Of a DNA stretch of 64,000 nucleotides, positions 1-9,502 are shown one piece after another (within the stretch, counting starts at the first letter, position 1; each line of letters begins with the position of its first letter). The stretch covers positions 32,001 through 96,000 of the forward strand of contig JBDGSL010000002.1 of assembly GCA_042217555.1 (NCBI GenBank), written 5' to 3'. The stretch comes from Candidatus Nanohalobium sp. Its GTDB lineage: Archaea; Nanohalarchaeota; Nanosalinia; Nanosalinales; Nanosalinaceae. The position numbers were made by a program, and so were the translations under genes. The notes beneath the pieces were generated by a model. That model saw only the letters and a program-made list of their open reading frames with translations. It made no database searches and was not told the DNA's origin.

Positions 1-1
1 C

Positions 2-244
2 ATCGAAGAATACCCAGAAGATGAATCGGATCTTCCAGAAGGACTATCCAAAGACGATGTACCTATCAGTCCTAAGTACTGGGCAGGATTCAGAAGCCTG
101 GGATCAGAAGTATCAACCGATAAGTCCGACGAGATACCGGCCTGGCTACAGGACGTAGAGAACACAAAGGAGAGAGCGGGTAGAGCTCAGAACAAGGATG
201 ATGAGGAGATCATGAACCGTTTGAGAGAACTCGGGTATATGTAG
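2..244 (+). CDS. 3' end of a probable sulfatase/alkaline-phosphatase-superfamily protein (partial)
   Basis: Open frame from window edge ending ...DEEIMNRLRELGYM*; the RLxxLGY tail is typical of sulfatase-like proteins. Confidence 0.55.
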   Translation: MEEYPEDESDLPEGLSKDDVPISPKYWAGFRSLGSEVSTDKSDEIPAWLQDVENTKERAGRAQNKDDEEIMNRLRELGYM

Positions 245-268
245 AGTTTTAAGCTCTTTAAAGCTTTC

Positions 269-1106
269 TTAGTCCTTGTTACTATTCTTTCTTATCTCTT
301 GTATGTTTTCCTCAAGTTCTGGGAGTGTATCTTTGACTTTATTCCATACTATGTCCAGATCTACTCCGAAGTACTGATGTATCAGTATATCTCTCATGCC
401 TGCTGCGCCTTCCCAGAGGTCTTCCCTGTTCTCTTCTCTGAAGTCTTCTGGCAGTTTCTTTATCTTCTTGTTGAGAAGACTCTGTCCTCAAATCTGTGAT
501 TTAAGGTTAGGGATGAATCGACAGATTTTAAAGTTCCACGGTCTATAACCATAGTATTCACGGCAGTTTGGTTAGGGCTTACTGCTACTCGAAACTCCTT
601 TGGAGTTTCTGTGTCACATCGTTCTCCAAGAACGATGCTCGAACAGATTCCTGTAAGGAATCTGTGGTTCGCAGAAAATCCGCTGGATTTTCGAGGAATC
701 AACAAACAGCAATCCTGAACTCAAAGGTAAGCCAAATGTTTCCATTTCGGAAACGGATGGTGTAGTGAGTTGCGTGGAACAACCACTGAGCGAATAAGGA
801 AACCGTCTTTGACGGTTAAGATATGGGAACGGGTTTCCCCTAATTCAGACTTCCTCAAAGCGTAAGTTCCGAGATGACGATATGACTTAGACAAGTATCG
901 TGGAAAGAAGTTCCGTAAGGAATCTTCCGCTCGGAAGCCCCTTCCAAATCTTCTGATTTGGTAACGGGTCATTTCACTGCTTCTCCGACTATTTCGAGTC
1001 TTCTTATTACGGCGTCCTGTGTTTTGACATCTGACTTAAACTCTTCTCGAGAGATGTCTTCTGTATACTCCTCTATCATTAGAAGCGTTTCGCTGTCTTT
1101 CGTCAT
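269..1106 (-). pseudogene. HEPN/DUF86 (HepT-like) toxin interrupted by an insertion at 464-977
   Basis: 5' part 1106-978 reads MTKDSE...DAVIRRLEIVGEA; 3' part 463-269 reads IKKLPEDFREE...GMRDILIHQYFGVD...KD* (RX4H motif); the two parts join in frame; start overlaps the MNT stop (ATGA). Confidence 0.88.
464..977 (+). mobile_element. Non-autonomous IS200/IS605-type element, 514 bp, hairpin-rich, no transposase
   Basis: Inserted directly after TTTAT with no target duplication; ends GGAAGCCCC...CGGGTCATTTCAC; removal restores the HEPN frame. Confidence 0.75.
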
Positions 1107-1396
1107 ATTTCCACTGCTTCCTCTTCAACCCTTTTCCTGATGTTGGGGTGCACAGAATTGTACGTCAGAACATCTACATCCTTGCCGAGAGAGTTTTCCA
1201 GTTCCTTTCTCAGCCTGGAGATATCGACGAGGGTTTTCTCCCCCTCGAACTCCACTACGAGATCCACATCGCTTTCCTCATCCTGCTCTCCGCGGGCGTA
1301 AGAGCCGAACAGCTCTGCCCGAGATACATCGTGGCGCCTCAGTATAGGCCTGACTCTGCTACGCAACTCCTCTAACTCAAGTTTTTCATCTGGCAT
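1103..1396 (-). CDS. Minimal nucleotidyltransferase (MNT antitoxin of an MNT-HEPN pair)
   Basis: LFGSYARGE...SDVDL motif; directly upstream of the DUF86 gene. Confidence 0.92.
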   Translation of the reverse strand: MPDEKLELEELRSRVRPILRRHDVSRAELFGSYARGEQDEESDVDLVVEFEGEKTLVDISRLRKELENSLGKDVDVLTYNSVHPNIRKRVEEEAVEI

Positions 1397-1429
1397 AATT
1401 TCTGTTTAGACCTCGAAGGTTTAATTCAT

Positions 1430-1555
1430 TTAGGTGTTGTTCAATTTCTGATCTGCCATCATGTTGAGAAGATCGTCCATCGACTCGACGTCTTTATCCT
1501 CTTTCATCTTCTCCAGTTTCCGGTACGTTTCCTCATCTATATCTAAGTCTATCAT
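1430..1555 (-). CDS. Small antitoxin-like protein, 41 aa (MIDLDIDEETYRKLEKMKEDKDVESMDDLLNMM...)
   Basis: Read manually; resembles the antitoxin at 2098-2307 (RHH/VapB-like pattern). Confidence 0.4.
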   Translation of the reverse strand: MIDLDIDEETYRKLEKMKEDKDVESMDDLLNMMADQKLNNT

Positions 1556-1588
1556 GTTGTTTGCCTCTGTCCAAAACCCTTTCGCTTC

Positions 1589-1798
1589 ATGCCTACGGAG
1601 AAAATCGATGAAGATGGGAAGCTGTTTATTCCGGAGAGAGTCCGACAGGGGTTCGGCGAAGAGTTCAGTATAGTTGAGCTTGAAGGCAGCATAAGTTTAT
1701 TCTCCGTTATTCTAGTTTTTCTACTTTTTCTTTATCTTTCAGATGTTTATCTCCGGTTATTACTTTCAGATTTTTCTCTCTTGCTGTGGCTAGTATGA
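1589..1798 (+). pseudogene. AbrB/MazE-like antitoxin fragment
   Basis: N-terminus KIDEDGKLFIPERVR is AbrB-like; the C-terminal part is only antisense read-through of vapC. Confidence 0.5.
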
Positions 1799-2105
1799 TG
1801 GCGTCCATTAAGCCGAAATTCGGGAACTTTTCTCTTTCTTCCTGTTTGATTTTTCCGGCTTTGCTGCATATATGAGGGTTCAGCCCTACTAATTCTGTTT
1901 TGGTCTCTACGAAGTTTCTGATTTCTTCCCATCTGTTGTCTGATTTCAGGTTTCCTGATTCGTAGTTGTCGGACATCTCTGCCAGTGAGATTATCGAAGT
2001 ATAGCATTTTTGCCTGGATTCCAGCTTCTGGTATATCTTCTTTCCTTTTTCGCTGCCTATGTAGAACTCTATCCAGGCCCAGGTATCGAGCAGATATTCA
2101 GTCAT
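1707..2105 (-). CDS. vapC: PIN-domain toxin (VapC family)
   Basis: YLLDTWAWIEF, GLMDAIILATA and ITGDKH PIN motifs; start taken at MTEYLLD. Confidence 0.9.
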   Translation of the reverse strand: MTEYLLDTWAWIEFYIGSEKGKKIYQKLESRQKCYTSIISLAEMSDNYESGNLKSDNRWEEIRNFVETKTELVGLNPHICSKAGKIKQEEREKFPNFGLMDAIILATAREKNLKVITGDKHLKDKEKVEKLE

Positions 2106-2307
2106 ACCTGTCAGCTCTGTCATTTCTGTCTCTGATCTCTTCTCTGTCTTCTATCTCCATGGAGCCAAACATCTCCTCTGAAGAAGGAGTCCCCATCCTC
2201 TCTTTGGCTATCTCTTTCAACAGTTCATCGAAAGAACTGGCTCCTTCCTTCTTCTTCAGCTTCTTCACCATGCGATGTGTGCTTTCCGATATAGTAACAG
2301 TAGTCAT
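2098..2307 (-). CDS. VapB-type antitoxin
   Basis: MTTVTISESTHRMVKKLK...SSFDELL; overlaps the vapC start. Confidence 0.8.
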   Translation of the reverse strand: MTTVTISESTHRMVKKLKKKEGASSFDELLKEIAKERMGTPSSEEMFGSMEIEDREEIRDRNDRADRYD

Positions 2308-2380
2308 AACTATTAATTGGTAATTAGTAATTATAACTCTTTGGTCTGAATAACTTGAGCCTTCGTGATAAAAATTAATC

Positions 2381-2748
2381 ATGCCTGTCCGCGCAGTCTT
2401 CCTAGGAACAAACCCGGCTGGGAAAAGTATACGATTGGCTGAAACGTAGAGATGATGTAGGGGTCCTCGTGCTTCTCACGGAGAAATACCAGTTCTCCCT
2501 ATCGAGGACTTGGAGCCGGAGATAGTCATCGCGTCAGGTTTTGAGTACAAAGTTCCGGAAGAGATTATCGTGGTTCCGGAGAAGGGCATCGTCAACCTGC
2601 ATCCGTCCTTCCTGCCGTACAACCGTGGTGCGCATCCGTACATCTGGCCGATCGTCGAGGACACGCCAGCAGGAGTCTCAATCCTGCCTACCTGGAGAGG
2701 GACGGCGAGAAGTACTTCGTGGATGTGGATATCCGAGAAGGAGACTAG
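2381..2748 (+). pseudogene. Degraded paralogue of the formyltransferase at 4201-4869
   Basis: AVFLGTNPAG...VNLHPSFLPYNRGAHPYIWP...AGVSI jumps to LAYLERDGEKYFV; two frameshifts plus a large internal deletion. Confidence 0.85.
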
Positions 2749-2768
2749 TTCTGGATTACTTCTTTTAC

Positions 2769-3154
2769 CTTTTGTTGCTCGGTAAGGCTCTGTCCTTTAG
2801 ACCGAGCTATTTCAGGGTTTGGGTTCAAACTTTGTGTTGTCGAGTCTGTGGAAAGAGCCGAGTTTCCTGTGTAGCCGTGAATACGGAAGCGTTAGGCGGG
2901 AACAGAATGAATACCTGTTCTATACATCATCCGCTTCTACAGACATTAGGGTGGCGTGACACCGCTCTAATCCAGCATTGTTGAATCCAGTCCTCTGTAT
3001 ATCAAGTTGGTTATAGGTGGCTGGAAACCTGCAAGTACTACTGGCAAGAGATGTTCTCTTTGCCTTTTCCGAAATCGTTTTCGTGTAGCATCCTGTGAAT
3101 CACGGATGGATGTGAATGGGAAAAGTCCGTCCTTCAGGTCGGAGAGGATGTCAC
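2769..3154 (+). mobile_element. Second non-autonomous IS200/IS605-type element, 386 bp
   Basis: Follows TTTAC; left end resembles that of 464-977; right end GTCCGTCCTTCAGGTCGGAGAGGATGTCAC matches the usual IS605/IS1341 right-end pattern. Confidence 0.7.
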
Positions 3155-3188
3155 GATAAATTATTCAGAAATCGATAAATTGTGGTTT

Positions 3189-4088
3189 TTATTGAAGAAG
3201 TTCCTGGGCTGTTTTCCTGACTGATTCGGCTGAGTTCCTTTTCGGCTGCCATCCTGTGTCTTTCAGTTTTTTGATGCTCAACCGCATCTCGGGTACGTCG
3301 CCTTCCCAGCCTTTCTCGCCGCCGGTGTACTCGTATTCTGGGTTAAGATCCATCTCATCGGCTACAATATCAGCTATGCTGTTAACGTCGATGGAGTCTT
3401 CCGAGCCAATGTTGAAAACTGTTTTGTCTGATTTCCATGCTTTTATGGTGCCGTCTATAGTGTCTTTGATGTGAAGGTAGCTTTTACGCTGTTTTCCGTT
3501 GCCGAGTATGACGAGCTTTTCCGGGTTGTCTTTCAGTTTGTGGATGAAGTCGTAGATTACTCCTTTCTGGTTTCTGCCGCCGACAATGTTTGCGAATCTG
3601 AGGATTGTCATGTCTATGTCGAATATCTGCTGATAGACCTGGCACATGTGTTCGTCTCCGCACTTTGTAGCGCCGTACATGGAGATAGGTTCCATATTTG
3701 CCTCTTCCGGCGTAGGTATCTCTGTTTCTTCACCGTAGACTACGGAAGAGGAGGCAAAAATAAAGTCATTAATGTTTGCATTTTCACAGGCCTCTAAAAC
3801 GTTTTTAGTACCTTTCAGGTTCTCATTAAAGTCCTTGTCTCTGTCTTCAGGGAATGTGTTGACTTTGGGGTTGGCTGCGAAGTGGAACATGGTATCGATA
3901 TCTTTCAGTTCCTTCTCAAGACCTTCCTGCTTGATGTCGTGCTGTAAGAACTCTGCTTCTTCTGGTATGTTTTCTTTCTGTCCTGAGGACAGGTTGTCGA
4001 TCACGGTCACCTCGTGACCTTCTTCTATCAGTCTTTCCACAAGTCTTGAACCGATGAATCCTGCGCCTCCTGTGACTGCTGCTCTCAT
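3189..4088 (-). CDS. NAD-dependent epimerase/dehydratase (extended SDR)
   Basis: VTGGAGFIGS and YGATK motifs. Confidence 0.93.
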   Translation of the reverse strand: MRAAVTGGAGFIGSRLVERLIEEGHEVTVIDNLSSGQKENIPEEAEFLQHDIKQEGLEKELKDIDTMFHFAANPKVNTFPEDRDKDFNENLKGTKNVLEACENANINDFIFASSSVVYGEETEIPTPEEANMEPISMYGATKCGDEHMCQVYQQIFDIDMTILRFANIVGGRNQKGVIYDFIHKLKDNPEKLVILGNGKQRKSYLHIKDTIDGTIKAWKSDKTVFNIGSEDSIDVNSIADIVADEMDLNPEYEYTGGEKGWEGDVPEMRLSIKKLKDTGWQPKRNSAESVRKTAQELLQ

Positions 4089-4200
4089 AATCTATGCTTC
4101 TGTGGTGAAAACAGTTAAATCCAAGTGATCTGTAGAACTGAAAAGGGCTTAGAGGTTTTTCCACCGGTACTGATTTCAACTTTGCTGATTGAACCCTGTT

Positions 4201-4869
4201 ATGGTTTTACAGGCTGTCTTTCTGGGTACAAACCCTGCCGGTGAAAAAGTGTATAAGTGGCTTAATCAGAGAAGTGATGTCGAAGTGGTGGCGTTGCTGA
4301 CTGAAAGAGAGCAGCTCTCTCTAATCACAGAATTGAGGCCTGATCTGGTGATATCATCAGGTTTCAGGCATAAAGTACCGGAGAAAGTGCTGGAGACGCC
4401 TGATAAAGGAGTAGTTAACCTTCATCCGTCGTTTCTACCTTACAACCGTGGAGCACATCCTTATATCTGGCCTCTGGTAGAAGACACACCTGCAGGTGTG
4501 TCCATACACTACATGGACTCCGGACTGGATGAAGGCCCTGTTATAGACAGGAGAGAGGTCGAGGTCCGGCCAGAGGATACTGCCAGGTCTCTTTACGACC
4601 GGCTTCAGGAAGAACAGTTCAGGCAGTTCAGGGAGAACTGGGAGGAGATAAAAAACGGTGCCGAAGCCAGGGAGCAGGATCTTAAGAGAGGTGAAACTCA
4701 TCTTCCGGAGGATCTGGATGAGGTATGTAGTATAGATCTTGACAGAGAGGTGAGGATGGAGGAGGCTATCGACAGGCTTCGAGCGCTCAGCTTTGACTCC
4801 AGAAAACTTGCTTACTTCGAGAAAAACGGTGAGAAGTACTACATCCGGATACAGATAGAGAAGGATTAA
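4201..4869 (+). CDS. Formyltransferase family protein (probable sugar N-formyltransferase)
   Basis: NLHPSFLPYNRG, GVSIHYMDSGLDEG; glycan gene context. Confidence 0.88.
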   Translation: MVLQAVFLGTNPAGEKVYKWLNQRSDVEVVALLTEREQLSLITELRPDLVISSGFRHKVPEKVLETPDKGVVNLHPSFLPYNRGAHPYIWPLVEDTPAGVSIHYMDSGLDEGPVIDRREVEVRPEDTARSLYDRLQEEQFRQFRENWEEIKNGAEAREQDLKRGETHLPEDLDEVCSIDLDREVRMEEAIDRLRALSFDSRKLAYFEKNGEKYYIRIQIEKD

Positions 4870-4916
4870 CTTCTTGGTGAGCGAATGATTAAAACAATGC
4901 GGAGAAAGGTTAATAC

Positions 4917-5662
4917 ATGTCGAAGAGACGTATCTCACTGACACTGGATGAAGGTATGGTGGAGAGGATCGACACGGAGAGGGAGAACCGTGACCTTAAC
5001 CGGTCTCAGATGGTGGAGGAGATAGTTGAAGAGTACTTCAGGCAGAGAGGTATCGAAACAGCGGTTATATTCTGCGGTGATCCTGAACTGAAGACTCTAG
5101 AACTTTTCAATGGAAAACCTGTTCTAAGCCATATAATAGAACATCTCTCAGAGGAAAACATAAGCAGAGCTATACTTTTAGCCGGACAGAACAGTGAGAT
5201 AGAGGAAAACTTTGGTTCGGAGTACAGCGGGTTGCTCTTGAGTACGTCTCCGAGGAAGAGCCTGAAGGAACAGCTGCAGCTCTTCAAAATGTTGAAGACA
5301 AGGTAGATGGACCTTTTGTAGCCCTGAATGGACATGTTATAGCGGATGTAGACTTTAAGGATATGCTGAGGGTTCACGAGGAGGAGAACCCGGCAGCCAC
5401 TATGGCACTGACAGCTGTGGAGAACCCTTCTGACTATGGAGTGGCCGAGCTTAAAGGACGCAGGATACTTGGTTTCAAGGAGAAACCGGAGCCAGGCAGC
5501 GAGCCGTCAAGACTGATCAACGCAGGAACATACATCCTGGACCCTCGGATATTCGACCGCCTTGACCATCGAAGCCTGGAAAACGTGTTCGAAAACCTTG
5601 CCGAGAAGGGAAAACTATCCGGATACATCTACGGAGGAGAATGGAGAGAGATACAGGACTAA
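4917..5662 (+). pseudogene. RHH/CopG domain fused to an NDP-sugar nucleotidyltransferase-like domain, with one frameshift near 5230
   Basis: 4917-5306 and 5363-5662 join into one protein (...EYSG/VALEYVSEEEPEGTAAAL...DYGVAEL...FKEKP...LINAGTY) if one G is added in AGCGGGTTG. Confidence 0.7.
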
Positions 5663-6084
5663 ATCTTTTCCACAAATACATCCTCCAGCTCTCTGGCCTT
5701 CTCTGAAAGTGCTTCCTCCGCCAGCATGCCAAGGTTGTAAACTGTAGAAGCTGCAAAACCGGCAGAAAGAAAACTCCATGGAGAGGGAAGCCCTGCAAGG
5801 TAATAGGAAAGTATAACAGGGAATAAAGCCGCGAAATAATGGACCATGCCCAGTATCATCACCTGGCTCTCCTCAAAATCAACAGGGCTTAAAGTCCTGC
5901 GATAAGCTAAAATCGTTAAAGCGCCAAAACCTACAACTGCGCCACCGCCATAAGATAAAGCCTCGAAAAGACCTGGCAGCCCGCTCTCAGATATAAGCAT
6001 CGCTCCTGAACCCCAGAAAGCAATAGTGAAGCCGTAGGCTCGAGATTCCTTCGCCAGCGCCGACCTTAGGAAGTTCTGGTTCAT
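5659..6084 (-). CDS. Small membrane protein with about 4 TM segments
   Basis: Hydrophobic segments; ATG start; abuts its neighbour. Confidence 0.7.
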   Translation of the reverse strand: MNQNFLRSALAKESRAYGFTIAFWGSGAMLISESGLPGLFEALSYGGGAVVGFGALTILAYRRTLSPVDFEESQVMILGMVHYFAALFPVILSYYLAGLPSPWSFLSAGFAASTVYNLGMLAEEALSEKARELEDVFVEKI

Positions 6085-6172
6085 CCTGTATACTGGAGTT
6101 TGAACCGGTTCAAGTTAAATCTAATGCATCCTCCCAAGGAGTTAAAAATAAGAGGTAATACATCGTAATACT

Positions 6173-7351
6173 ATGGCTTCGTCAAGAGATATCAGGGCCC
6201 GGGAGATGTTCCTGGAGAAGGAGGAAAACAGTGTTGAAAGCTTGCTGGAGGAGAATAAGGTTGATATATCCTCCGAGAACTTATTCGTAGTTTACGATAA
6301 GGATGGGCCTCTGGAGGATCCCTCGGTCTCTACAGCCGAGACATGGGGGGGTGTTGAGGAGGTTGTGGGTTCGCTGGAAAGCAGCGATGGACTGGAGTTT
6401 GGAGTTGTATCCGGCTGGGATGTAGATACGTTGAGAAGGAGGAGACAGGAATACCTGGACGATAGCTTCCTTCTGGGCGGCTCCATGGGTACAGTTGTTG
6501 AAAAAGACGGTGAGAAGAAGCTTGTCCATGAGGAAGTATCAAAGGATGATATATACGAATCCTTCAGGAACGTCTTCCAGCAAGCTGCAGAGTACGGAGA
6601 GGGCAGAGAAGGATTGAAGATACTGCCACAGGGCAACTCATCTAATCTTGTAGCAAGTATAAAGTTCGAGGCGGAAAACGACAGAGCAGATGTAGGCCGT
6701 ATATCAGATCAGCCCTCAACAGAAGAGATATACGAAGCTATACTTGACAGGGAAGCTGAAGGATTTGAAAAAGTCGAGGAAAACGGAGTTGAAAAGATAC
6801 TGTTCTCAAACAGTTCGGAAGACTCGAGGGTGCTGGCCGAAGTATTTACTGAGGACTTCATATACCCCGGTGTAAGATTCGAGGAAAGAGATGACGAAAG
6901 AATAGCGTTTTACAGGGATGAAAGAGATCTTGAAGAGTTTGAGAAAGAGGAAGGCTACAGTCTGCTCATGCAGGCAGCACCTCAGGACATCAAGGTTAAA
7001 CCTTACGAGGACTGGGGAGCCGACCTGATAAAAGAAGTTGACCACGAGTTCGGTAAACCGGCAGGAGTAGAAAAACTGGGTGAAGAAGCTTACGGAGAAG
7101 AAGACTACACCGGGATAATGATAGGGGACAGCACCACAGACCTGGAGGTAGCTCAGGAACACGATAACTTCTACTTCGCTGCCATATCAGGTTCTGAAGC
7201 CGAGAAAGAAGCAAGGAGAGAAGGAAACTGGAAAGAAGGAGAAGATTACATAGTAGTGCAGAACGGAGTAGATTTCACAGTGATGTTCTCTGAAGCCATG
7301 GAAAATCACAGAGAAGACTGGGAACATGAATACGACTCGGAGAGGATATAA
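6173..7351 (+). CDS. HAD-superfamily hydrolase-like protein
   Basis: YDKDGPL (DxDG-like) and MIGDSTTD motifs. Confidence 0.6.
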   Translation: MASSRDIRAREMFLEKEENSVESLLEENKVDISSENLFVVYDKDGPLEDPSVSTAETWGGVEEVVGSLESSDGLEFGVVSGWDVDTLRRRRQEYLDDSFLLGGSMGTVVEKDGEKKLVHEEVSKDDIYESFRNVFQQAAEYGEGREGLKILPQGNSSNLVASIKFEAENDRADVGRISDQPSTEEIYEAILDREAEGFEKVEENGVEKILFSNSSEDSRVLAEVFTEDFIYPGVRFEERDDERIAFYRDERDLEEFEKEEGYSLLMQAAPQDIKVKPYEDWGADLIKEVDHEFGKPAGVEKLGEEAYGEEDYTGIMIGDSTTDLEVAQEHDNFYFAAISGSEAEKEARREGNWKEGEDYIVVQNGVDFTVMFSEAMENHREDWEHEYDSERI

Positions 7352-8256
7352 TGCAGTTCGACATGGCAGTAGTAGGTGACATAAACATCGACGTAGTACC
7401 TGAACCGCTGGAAAAAGACCTGGAGATGAAGGAAGACGGCCAAATTTTCGTGGATAAACTTGTTCACCGGAGAGGCGGACAGGCCGCAAACTTCGCTGTA
7501 AAAACATCCGAACTCGGATCTGAAACAGTTTTCCAGGGAAAAGTTGGAGACGACAGACACGCAGACTTCCTTGAACAACACCTGAAAGACAAAGGAGTAA
7601 AGCCAAGACTTGCACGCAGCAAAGACGTTGACACAGGGACAACAACAGTTATACCAAGGGAGAACGGTGAGAGATTCTACATCACTTACGCAGACAACAA
7701 TTCAAAACTTGAATACGGCGATCTGCATAGAGAAACACTTTACAACTCCCGTCACCTGGCAAGAAGAGGCGTATGGTTCTCCACACCCATGCTGAACGAA
7801 GGGAACAAGAAACTGCTGAAAGAAGCGAAGAAACAGGGAGTTGAAACATCTATCGACCTTCACTGGGATCCATACTGGGATGAAAACAGGTCATCAGGAA
7901 ACAGGAGAAAAAAATTTATGGAAACCCTGGAACATGTGGATTTCCTGATGGGAAACAGCGAGGAACTGAAAATGCTGACAGAAAAAAAGGAACTGGACAA
8001 AGCAGTAGAAAAACTGCAGAGATTCGGAGAGTTTAAAACCATAGCTCATTGCGGCCCGGAGGGATCAAAGATTTACAGAGGAAACGAAAGCATCAACATC
8101 CCGGTAGAAGATATCCAAAACCCTGAAAACCCGACAGGAACAGGAGATGTATACGATGCAGCATTCATCAACGCCTGGCAGAAAGGAAAAAGCCTGGAAG
8201 AAGCAGGCCAGAAAGCAACTGAAGAAGCAGTAAAACACCTCAAAGGACTAAACTAA
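7351..8256 (+). CDS. PfkB-family carbohydrate kinase
   Basis: GGQAANFA, GKVGDD and NPTGTGDVY motifs. Confidence 0.92.
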   Translation: MQFDMAVVGDINIDVVPEPLEKDLEMKEDGQIFVDKLVHRRGGQAANFAVKTSELGSETVFQGKVGDDRHADFLEQHLKDKGVKPRLARSKDVDTGTTTVIPRENGERFYITYADNNSKLEYGDLHRETLYNSRHLARRGVWFSTPMLNEGNKKLLKEAKKQGVETSIDLHWDPYWDENRSSGNRRKKFMETLEHVDFLMGNSEELKMLTEKKELDKAVEKLQRFGEFKTIAHCGPEGSKIYRGNESINIPVEDIQNPENPTGTGDVYDAAFINAWQKGKSLEEAGQKATEEAVKHLKGLN

Positions 8257-8282
8257 AAAGACTGTACTAAGGAGATTTAATC

Positions 8283-9215
8283 ATGGATAAAGCATTGGTA
8301 ACCGGCGGAGCAGGATTTATAGGTTCAAACCTTGTAGAAAAGCTTGTAGAACAGGATATCAAAGTAGTGGTCCTGGACGACCTCTATCTTGGAGATGAAA
8401 GTAATCTATCAGAGGTTGAGGATGAAATAGAGTTCGTGAAAGGATCAGTACTGGATGATCAAGCAGTTGAAGAAGCAGTTGAAGGATGTGATACTGTTTT
8501 CCATCTCGCAGCAAGATCTTCAAGCCCTATGCATAAGGAAAACCCTGAGGAAGGAGCACGTGTCAACGTCGAAGGTTTTGTCAACACGGTTGAAGCCGCT
8601 AAACAGGAAGGAGTTGAAAAAATAGTTTACGCATCCACAAGTTCCATGTACGGAACTGTAAAACCACCACACCGTGAAAGCCAGGATCCTATGCCGGCCA
8701 ACCTTTATACTGCGTCGAAGATGTCACGTGAAAAATACGCAGAGTCATACAGTTACAACGAACAGATAGAGACTACAGGCATCCGATTCTTCTCGATCTA
8801 CGGACCTCACGAGAAAGCTAAAGGCAAGTACGCCAACGTGGTAACTCAGTTCCTGTGGAAGATGATGGATGACGAGCAACCTGTCATATGGGGGGACGGA
8901 GAACAGGAGAGAGACTTCGTATTCGTCAAAGATGCCGTAGACGCCGTCGTGAAAGCTGCAGAAAGAGACGAATCACTTGATGGAGAAGTAATCAATGTCG
9001 GACGGGGAGATCCTGTAACGTTCAACGACGTAGTTGAAAAACTGAACGATGAACTCGGGAAGGATATCGAAGCCGAACACATTGAGAACCCTAGAGACAA
9101 GTACGTGAGAGAACACTGCGCAGATATCTCCAAAGCCAGAGAACTTCTGGACTGGGAGCCAGAACACAGTTTCGAGGAAGGACTCAAGAAGACAGCTGAA
9201 TACTACAGAGAGTGA
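8283..9215 (+). CDS. NAD-dependent epimerase/dehydratase
   Basis: VTGGAGFIGS, YTASK and GDGEQERDF motifs. Confidence 0.93.
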   Translation: MDKALVTGGAGFIGSNLVEKLVEQDIKVVVLDDLYLGDESNLSEVEDEIEFVKGSVLDDQAVEEAVEGCDTVFHLAARSSSPMHKENPEEGARVNVEGFVNTVEAAKQEGVEKIVYASTSSMYGTVKPPHRESQDPMPANLYTASKMSREKYAESYSYNEQIETTGIRFFSIYGPHEKAKGKYANVVTQFLWKMMDDEQPVIWGDGEQERDFVFVKDAVDAVVKAAERDESLDGEVINVGRGDPVTFNDVVEKLNDELGKDIEAEHIENPRDKYVREHCADISKARELLDWEPEHSFEEGLKKTAEYYRE

Positions 9216-9502
9216 TCAACGTGAGGGACAGCGTAAAGGAAGGCGCTATCTACGGAATGCTTGTCTCTGGAGCGGCCTATACACTTGTACAGTTCCTGGG
9301 ATACAGCTCCCGGAGCCTTGCCGTCATCCTCTACCTGTTCCTCATATCAGCTATACTCATCAACGTCAAGTCCGAGATGTCAGAACCTCTCAAACCCTAC
9401 CTGGACAGACTTGTCCTTGTAGCCGAGGGAGAAGAACTCAAGATGAAAAAACTGCTTACAGGCGAAAAGTACAGGGTAAGAGGAGATGTAGAAAAACTCT
9501 AG
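9212..9502 (+). CDS. Small membrane protein
   Basis: Two TM segments; GTGA overlap with the upstream gene. Confidence 0.65.
   Translation: MINVRDSVKEGAIYGMLVSGAAYTLVQFLGYSSRSLAVILYLFLISAILINVKSEMSEPLKPYLDRLVLVAEGEELKMKKLLTGEKYRVRGDVEKL

Noticed and set aside
460..972. ORFs 460-705, 568-765 and 721-972 as transposase or TnpB
   Set aside because: No HUH, RuvC or zinc-finger motifs; they lie across palindromic non-coding sequence.
464..977. Self-splicing intron (IStron) in the HEPN gene
   Set aside because: The element ends are oriented antisense to the host gene and I could not identify group I or II core motifs.
2541..2984. 147-aa ORF
   Set aside because: Off-frame read through the formyltransferase pseudogene and the IS-like element; atypical composition.
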